Notes under the pieces: generated by a model | The model's database searches: none | Told to the model about the DNA's origin: nothing | Seen by the model: only the letters and a program-made list of their open reading frames with translations | Part shown: positions 28,983 to 34,474 of the stretch, piece after piece | How the letters are laid out: the number at the start of each line of letters is the position of its first letter | Numbering within the stretch: position 1 is the first letter of the stretch | Position numbers and translations under genes: made by a program | From: an uncultured cyanobacterium | Lineage (GTDB): Bacteria > Cyanobacteriota > Cyanobacteriia > Leptolyngbyales > Leptolyngbyaceae | Assembly (NCBI GenBank): GCA_963766075.1 | Contig: CAVYAN010000094.1 | Coordinates: forward strand, 1-34,474 | Reading direction: 5' to 3' | Length of the DNA stretch: 34,474 bases

Positions 28983-29188
28983 GGAAACATTTACCCGACC
29001 CGTTATTGAGGGGTCTCTCTGGGTGGGGCATGGCCTACTATCATTCAGAGAAACCCCTTCCATCCAAAGAAACCCCTTGGGATTACCCTAAACATCCGCA
29101 CCCACAACCGTTGGAAAGCATGTACGGTATACGGTAGAGGGAACTCTAAACAGAGCCTCTCTACTGTCTGTGCGACTCGCCCTTCCCC

Positions 29189-30727
29189 ATGCTCGATCAG
29201 CCTGAACCCTTTACAGACAACTGGACCTATCTGCGCGCCGAACTGGCATGGCTCGATCGCCTGCTCAGCATGGCTGTGGCCAAACAGCGCCAGGATAGCA
29301 AAGCCATCGATCGCGTGGCCCGCACTTCGGGCAATCGCGCCACCAGTCATTGGTGGCAGGGCTTGATCAACCTGGACAGCAATACCTACTATGATTCCCC
29401 GGCCAACATGCCCCGCCGCAGTGTCGAAACCACGGCCAAACCCAGTTTTCACCAGCAGCTCAATGCCAAAATCCAAGCCAGTCAGCAGCATGGCCTGATC
29501 CTGGGATTGCCCACCCTATGCGATCGCCTCCACCTCAACAGTTTTGAAAAAAATCTATTGGTCATGGCCCTAGCCCCGGAAGTCAATCGCCGCTACGGTC
29601 GCCTGTATAACTATTTGCAAGACACTAACCAACCCGGTGCCACCGGATTGCCCACGGTCGATTTAATTCTGCGCATCCTCTGCCGGAACGATGGCGAATG
29701 GCGAACAGCACGGCGATCGCTCACTCCCGCTGCCCCGCTGATGCAGTTCCCAATTTTGGACATGCCCCGCACCCAGCCAGAGTCACTGCTCACCCGCACC
29801 GTAAAATTAGCCGATGCGGTGGTGAACTATTTACTGGCAGAAATCCCCTCCACCGAAAGCCTAGAGCAGATTTTAACCGGGAGTGAAGGAGCGACGATCG
29901 CCCCATTCCCCTCCATAGTTCACGCCCCAACCCGACGATTGCCCAACGCTAGGACCATCCCACAGACAGAGGCCAACCAGCAGCTCAAGGTATGGATGCC
30001 ACCCGTATCGGCCTTGGCCCATCCAACCGTTGCCGACTCGTCCTTGGTGTTACCCCTGCAGTTAATCCAACAGGTGCAGCATCTTTGCGATCGCTTTCAG
30101 ATTCTGCCCACCGTTCCTGGACAGCCCAGCACTCTTGACGGGGCAATCCACGGCACCGTCAGTCTATGGATTGGCCCGGTCGGTACCGGCAAAACCACCG
30201 CAGCCCGCGCGATCGCCCAAACCCTCCAACTGCCGCTCTTCTTTGCCGATCTAGAATTAATTGATCCGCTCCACCATGAAGCGCTGCTCCAGGAAATTTG
30301 CGATCGCCAACCCTACCTGGTGCTCTTAAAGTCTACCCAAGTCTTGCTCAACCGCACGGCCCTAATTTCCGAAACCGCATTGCAGCAGTTCTTGCATTGC
30401 CGCCGCCGCGATCGAGGCATCACCCTGCTTACCGTCACCTCTCGGCAATCCCTCAAGGCCAAGTGGTGGCAGCACCTTCATCCGATCTTGGACTTTCCAA
30501 AACCGACTCGCGACCAGCGGCAACACCTCTGGGCCCAAGCCTTTAATCCCGATGTGGCTCTGGCTCCCGACATCGATTGGCACACCCTGGCTCAGATCAA
30601 GCTTACCGGTGGAGAAATCGCTGCGATCGCCCACGAAGCGACCCTTTACGCGGCCATTTCTGCCCCCACCGCCCCCGTTACTCTGCACCATCTGCGCCAA
30701 GCCCTCGCGCATTTTGGCAAAGGATAA
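29189..30727 (+). CDS. AAA+-like ATP-binding protein with a degenerate Walker B
   Basis: Walker A GPVGTGKT; lid-like FPKP...R..LW and LTGGEI; N-terminal DNWTYLRAELAWLDRLL. Confidence 0.75.
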   Translation: MLDQPEPFTDNWTYLRAELAWLDRLLSMAVAKQRQDSKAIDRVARTSGNRATSHWWQGLINLDSNTYYDSPANMPRRSVETTAKPSFHQQLNAKIQASQQHGLILGLPTLCDRLHLNSFEKNLLVMALAPEVNRRYGRLYNYLQDTNQPGATGLPTVDLILRILCRNDGEWRTARRSLTPAAPLMQFPILDMPRTQPESLLTRTVKLADAVVNYLLAEIPSTESLEQILTGSEGATIAPFPSIVHAPTRRLPNARTIPQTEANQQLKVWMPPVSALAHPTVADSSLVLPLQLIQQVQHLCDRFQILPTVPGQPSTLDGAIHGTVSLWIGPVGTGKTTAARAIAQTLQLPLFFADLELIDPLHHEALLQEICDRQPYLVLLKSTQVLLNRTALISETALQQFLHCRRRDRGITLLTVTSRQSLKAKWWQHLHPILDFPKPTRDQRQHLWAQAFNPDVALAPDIDWHTLAQIKLTGGEIAAIAHEATLYAAISAPTAPVTLHHLRQALAHFGKG

Positions 30728-30791
30728 TTCCCGTCATTCCGATATGCGGTGATTGCACGCTCCCATCAGCACACCCAACCCTCATCACCCA

Positions 30792-31652
30792 CTACCGCCC
30801 ACCCACTCCATGGGCACCCCGCCGTCGCGTCAAAATTCCCTGCGACGGACTCAACAAGAGCGCCAGCAAAAACATCCCCGAAGAGACCAGAACAATGGCT
30901 GGCCCCGAGGGCACATTCCGATAAAAGCTGATATACACACCCACAGTACTGGCCAACACCCCCAAGCCCGCCCCCACGAACATCATCTGGTGCAATTCCT
31001 TAACCAGTAAATACGCAGCCAGCGCTGGGCCTACCAAAAGCGCAATGACCAAAATTACGCCCACTGCCTGCATGCTGGCAATAATCGTCAGCGTAATCCC
31101 TGCCATGAAGCCCACATTAATCACTTGAATCGGCAATCCAATCGCCTGAGCACCAACCTTATCAAAGGTATAAAATAAGAGTTCTTTATAAAAGAGTTTA
31201 ATGATCAGCAAAATCGCGATCGCAATACTCAGACTGCGCTGAATATCGTGCCCTGTCACCCCCAAAATATCCCCAAACAAGAAACTTTCCAAATCAAATT
31301 TGCGCGTTACCTGCAAAGTCGTAATCAACATCACGCCAATCGCAAAGAAACTCGAAAACGTCAACGCCATCGCCGCATCCACTTTAACCCGTGACTGCGC
31401 GCGAATCCACGTGATAAATAATGATCCCAAAATTCCTGAGACAAAGGAACCAAATAAAATATCAACGCCCAGGGCAAAGGAAATCACCAACCCCGGCAAT
31501 ACCGAATGGGCAATCACATCGCCCAACAGTGCCATCCGTTGCACAATCAGGTAACTGCCCACCACCGGGCACAGGACTCCAACGATCGCCCCAATGGCGA
31601 TCGCATTTCGCATAAATTCATACCGCCACGGGTCCGTCAGCCAAGTGATCAT
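30792..31652 (-). CDS. Zn/Mn ABC transporter permease (ZnuB/MntB family)
   Basis: MALLGDVIAHSVLPG, FLFGDILGV and NVPSGPAIV motifs. Confidence 0.92.
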   Translation of the reverse strand: MITWLTDPWRYEFMRNAIAIGAIVGVLCPVVGSYLIVQRMALLGDVIAHSVLPGLVISFALGVDILFGSFVSGILGSLFITWIRAQSRVKVDAAMALTFSSFFAIGVMLITTLQVTRKFDLESFLFGDILGVTGHDIQRSLSIAIAILLIIKLFYKELLFYTFDKVGAQAIGLPIQVINVGFMAGITLTIIASMQAVGVILVIALLVGPALAAYLLVKELHQMMFVGAGLGVLASTVGVYISFYRNVPSGPAIVLVSSGMFLLALLLSPSQGILTRRRGAHGVGGR

Positions 31653-31779
31653 CGGGATTGCAACTAATAAGAAACCTACTGATTAATCAGACACTTACGG
31701 ATCGACCGTTTATACCCAGAATCAAAGTTTAGATTGAGGATCAAACAAGATAACAGCCCACGAGTCAGGCCCACCCAAT

Positions 31780-32523
31780 TCAGCAGAAAAGCAGCGCATT
31801 GGGATCCGGCGGCAACGGACGATTGAATCCACCGCCATAGGCTTTATGCAGATTCTCCGCCGTCATCACTTGACCCGGTACACCATCGGCAATCAGGCGC
31901 TGATTCAACAGCAACAGCCGATCCAACTGATGCAGCGTATTCCCCCATTCATGACTACTGACCAAGAGGATTTTTCCCTGCGATCGCAGCTCATTAAACA
32001 CTTCAAATAAAATCGCTTCCGTGGTCTTATCCACCCCCGTAAACGGCTCATCAAACAGAAAAACCTCAGCATCCTGCGCCAAAGCCCGCGCCAAAAACAC
32101 CCGCTGCTGCTGTCCCCCCGACAGGTCACTGATGCGGCGATCGCGCAATTCCCACATCTGCACCCGCTCCAACGCTGCCTGCACCATTGCCTTTGCCCCC
32201 CGTCCCGGCCCCCGCAGCCAACCCAGATGCCGGGTACGCGCCATCAGCACCACCTGCCACACCGTAATCGGGTAGTCCCAGTCAATTTGCGATCGCTGGG
32301 GCACATAGGCCACCTTTTGCAACTGCTGATGCAGCGGGCACGTACAGTACTGCACCTCGCCCACCGCCGGAATCAGACCCAACATCGCTTTAATCATGGT
32401 GCTTTTGCCCGCACCATTCGGACCAATCACACCCACCAATTGCCCCGGATCAATCCGAAAACTCACCCCTTCCAATCCGCAGGTTCCACGGTAATTGACA
32501 GACAAATGTTGAACGTCTAACAT
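31780..32523 (-). CDS. Zn/Mn ABC transporter ATP-binding protein (ZnuC/MntA family)
   Basis: GPNGAGKS, YVPQR, LSGGQQQRV and FDEP motifs; start ATG 32523. Confidence 0.93.
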   Translation of the reverse strand: MLDVQHLSVNYRGTCGLEGVSFRIDPGQLVGVIGPNGAGKSTMIKAMLGLIPAVGEVQYCTCPLHQQLQKVAYVPQRSQIDWDYPITVWQVVLMARTRHLGWLRGPGRGAKAMVQAALERVQMWELRDRRISDLSGGQQQRVFLARALAQDAEVFLFDEPFTGVDKTTEAILFEVFNELRSQGKILLVSSHEWGNTLHQLDRLLLLNQRLIADGVPGQVMTAENLHKAYGGGFNRPLPPDPNALLFC

Positions 32524-32533
32524 GAGCACTTGG

Positions 32534-32554
32534 AAATGAGAACGATTTTCATTT
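32534..32554. promoter_or_regulatory. Zur/Fur-family-like operator
   Basis: AAATGAGAACGATTTTCATTT. The core TGAGAACGATTTTCA matches 11 of 14 defined positions of the cyanobacterial Zur consensus TGATAATNATTATCA. Lies between divergent metal ABC genes. Confidence 0.7.
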
Positions 32555-32624
32555 TAACCCCTTCATACGATTTAGTCACGGCATCTCGTCCAAATTGCGT
32601 AAAAATTCAATCGTGTAAAAACTC

Positions 32625-33710
32625 ATGAAGTCTCCACAGCGTATACTCAACCGCTCTCAGCCCCCACGATATCGTCCCTACCCGAGCCAAGCCCGCCAAG
32701 GCGCAGCATTCGCCTTGGCCATCAGCCTCATGGGAGCCTGCACCGTCCCCATGGCCAATAGCCCTCTACCAATGGGATCCGCGACCCGTCCAACGCCTAG
32801 CAACCCCACCGACACAGCAGGCCCCAAAGTCGTCGCCACCACGAGCGTCCTGTGCAATCTGGTCCAAGAAATTGCTCAAACTACAGTGAATTTGACCTGT
32901 TTAGTCAAAGCGGGGGAAGATCCCCACGTCTACACCCCCACACCCGAAGACCGCAAAGCCATTGATGACGCGGCCCTGGTCTTGTATGCAGGCTACGACT
33001 TTGAACCCGCCCTCGTGAAACTGGTCAAGGCTAGCCCCAATGCCGCCCCCAAAATCGCCGTGAATGAAATCGCGGTGCCCCAACCCCTCATAGGCGAAGC
33101 AGAGCACGACCACGGCCCCGATCGCACCACAGCCGCCGCCGCCCCGGAAAAAGCCCCAGATCCGCACGTCTGGCACAATGCCCAAAACGGGGTGCAAATG
33201 GTCAACGTGATCAAAATGCAGTTAGAGAAAGTCGCGCCCGCCCATGCCACCCTCTACGCCCAAAATGCCAAAGTGCTGGGCGATCGCCTCACCCAACTCG
33301 ATCGCTGGATTAAGGCCCAAATCGCCACCATTCCCAACGAAAAACGCAAATTAATCACCACCCACGATGCTCTGGGTTACTACGCCGCCGCCTATGGCAT
33401 CCCCATCGAAGGCGCTTTGCAGGGACTCAGCACCGAAGAAAAACCAACCGCCACCCGAGTAAAAGCCCTGGTGGATGAAATTAAGGCCACCCAAGTCCCA
33501 ACCGTCTTTGCAGAAATCAGCGCCAATCCCAAACTCATTACAGCCGTCGCCCAGGAGGCTAAGGTCAAACTCTCGGAGCAAGAACTCTATGCCGATGGCT
33601 TGGGTTCACCGGGTTCACCAGGAGATACCTACGAACACATGCTCGTCGCCAATACCCGCGCGATCGTCGAAGGACTGGGGGGACAGTTCACCCCCTTTCG
33701 CGCCCAATAG
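32625..33710 (+). CDS. Zn/Mn ABC transporter substrate-binding lipoprotein (ZnuA/TroA cluster)
   Basis: Lipobox-like MGA-C; VVATT, DPHVY, DPHVW, THDA and LYADGLG motifs. Confidence 0.93.
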   Translation: MKSPQRILNRSQPPRYRPYPSQARQGAAFALAISLMGACTVPMANSPLPMGSATRPTPSNPTDTAGPKVVATTSVLCNLVQEIAQTTVNLTCLVKAGEDPHVYTPTPEDRKAIDDAALVLYAGYDFEPALVKLVKASPNAAPKIAVNEIAVPQPLIGEAEHDHGPDRTTAAAAPEKAPDPHVWHNAQNGVQMVNVIKMQLEKVAPAHATLYAQNAKVLGDRLTQLDRWIKAQIATIPNEKRKLITTHDALGYYAAAYGIPIEGALQGLSTEEKPTATRVKALVDEIKATQVPTVFAEISANPKLITAVAQEAKVKLSEQELYADGLGSPGSPGDTYEHMLVANTRAIVEGLGGQFTPFRAQ

Positions 33711-33833
33711 ATCTTTCATGCCCAATAGATCGGCAGGTCCACGCCAACTCCCCGTCCTGCAAGGCAGCAGCCTCGCTATTGCTGGCGCAATTCACCCCTA
33801 CTACGCCAAACCTTAGACGCCAAACCCTAGACG

Positions 33834-33876
33834 CTAAAAAGCAGCCGATATCTTAAAGATATTGGCTGCTTTTTAG
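33834..33876. terminator. Bidirectional intrinsic terminator
   Basis: CTAAAAAGCAGCCGATATCT...AGATATTGGCTGCTTTTTAG, with A/T runs on both sides, between convergent genes. Confidence 0.8.
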
Positions 33877-33923
33877 ATCTGCGACACGCGACCTTTTTGT
33901 AAAAGTCTACGGTTTGTGAACGT

Positions 33924-34474
33924 CTACTTCGTTTCGGTAAAGTCAGCGTCGATCACATCATCGCCGCCCCCCGTGGAAGCCGAAGGCCCTGGACCCGGCT
34001 CATCACCCGTAGGAGGAGCCTCACCGCCAGACTGCTGATACAGATTGCTGCTAATGGCATACAGTGCCTGTTGCAGATCTGTGGTGAGGGATTTGATGCT
34101 ATCAAAGTTTTCTTGAGCGATCGCATCCTTTAGATCCTTCACCAGTCCTTCCACCTTGGTCTTTTCAGCAGCAGGCACCTTATCGCCCAAGTCCGCCATT
34201 TGCTTCTCAGCTTGGTAGGCCAAAGAATCGGCTTGGTTCTTCAGGTCAATTTTCTCACGCCGTTCCTTGTCGGTAGACGCATTCATTTCAGCCTCGCGAA
34301 CCATCCGCTCCACATCATCCTTGGGCAGGGTGGACGCCCCAGTAATGCTGATGGACTGTTCCTTGCCCGTGCCTTTATCCTTGGCGTAAACCGTTAGGAT
34401 ACCGTTGGCGTCAATGTCAAAGGTGACTTCGATTTGAGGCACACCCCGAGGAGCCGAGGGAATCCCGATCCAGA
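33924..34474 (-). CDS. dnaK: Chaperone DnaK, C-terminal part (5' end off the window)
   Basis: [37 protein letters not shown] and C-terminal [12 protein letters not shown]. Confidence 0.96.
   Translation of the reverse strand, partial: WIGIPSAPRGVPQIEVTFDIDANGILTVYAKDKGTGKEQSISITGASTLPKDDVERMVREAEMNASTDKERREKIDLKNQADSLAYQAEKQMADLGDKVPAAEKTKVEGLVKDLKDAIAQENFDSIKSLTTDLQQALYAISSNLYQQSGGEAPPTGDEPGPGPSASTGGGDDVIDADFTETK

Larger units (their letters stand above)
46..34124. repeat. HIP1 octamer GCGATCGC dispersed across the window
   Basis: Many copies inside and between genes, e.g. 46-53, 17485-17492 and 20767-20774; a cyanobacterial hallmark. Confidence 0.95.

Noticed and set aside
29045..29491. 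148-aa antisense ORF and similar long antisense ORFs elsewhere
   Set aside because: They overlap well-supported genes on the opposite strand and lack recognisable motifs.

Overview
The window is cyanobacterial chromosome, shown by dense HIP1 GCGATCGC octamers and by apcD. Most of it is housekeeping. In order: a phylloquinone/menaquinone cluster (menF, missed by the ORF track, divergent from menA-menC-menE, plus a convergent DHNA-CoA thioesterase); a small lipoprotein; a BON protein; a TPR/SPINDLY-like glycosyltransferase coupled to a CE4 deacetylase fusion gene; an SRPBCC protein; a Ser/Thr kinase; NnrU/Z-ISO and a thioredoxin; Uma2; cofH; a DUF900-like hydrolase; a GT4 glycosyltransferase; queC; apcD; rlmD; a 3D-domain protein; a sensor kinase/NarL regulator pair; a GDSL hydrolase; a degenerate AAA protein; a divergent Zn/Mn ABC transporter with a Zur-like box; and the 3' end of dnaK. 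Five single-base indels break four otherwise intact genes, including dnaK, which points to assembly error. Non-coding highlights are a 127-bp MITE-like element with TIRs, a target duplication and a nested ~20-nt insert, plus REP-like hairpins and many short tandem duplications. I found no CRISPR array, rRNA, tRNA or transposase, and no clearly new system. The best hypothesis-level leads are the deacetylase-glycosyltransferase gene couple and the nested MITE. All calls come from motif recognition by eye; no searches were run.
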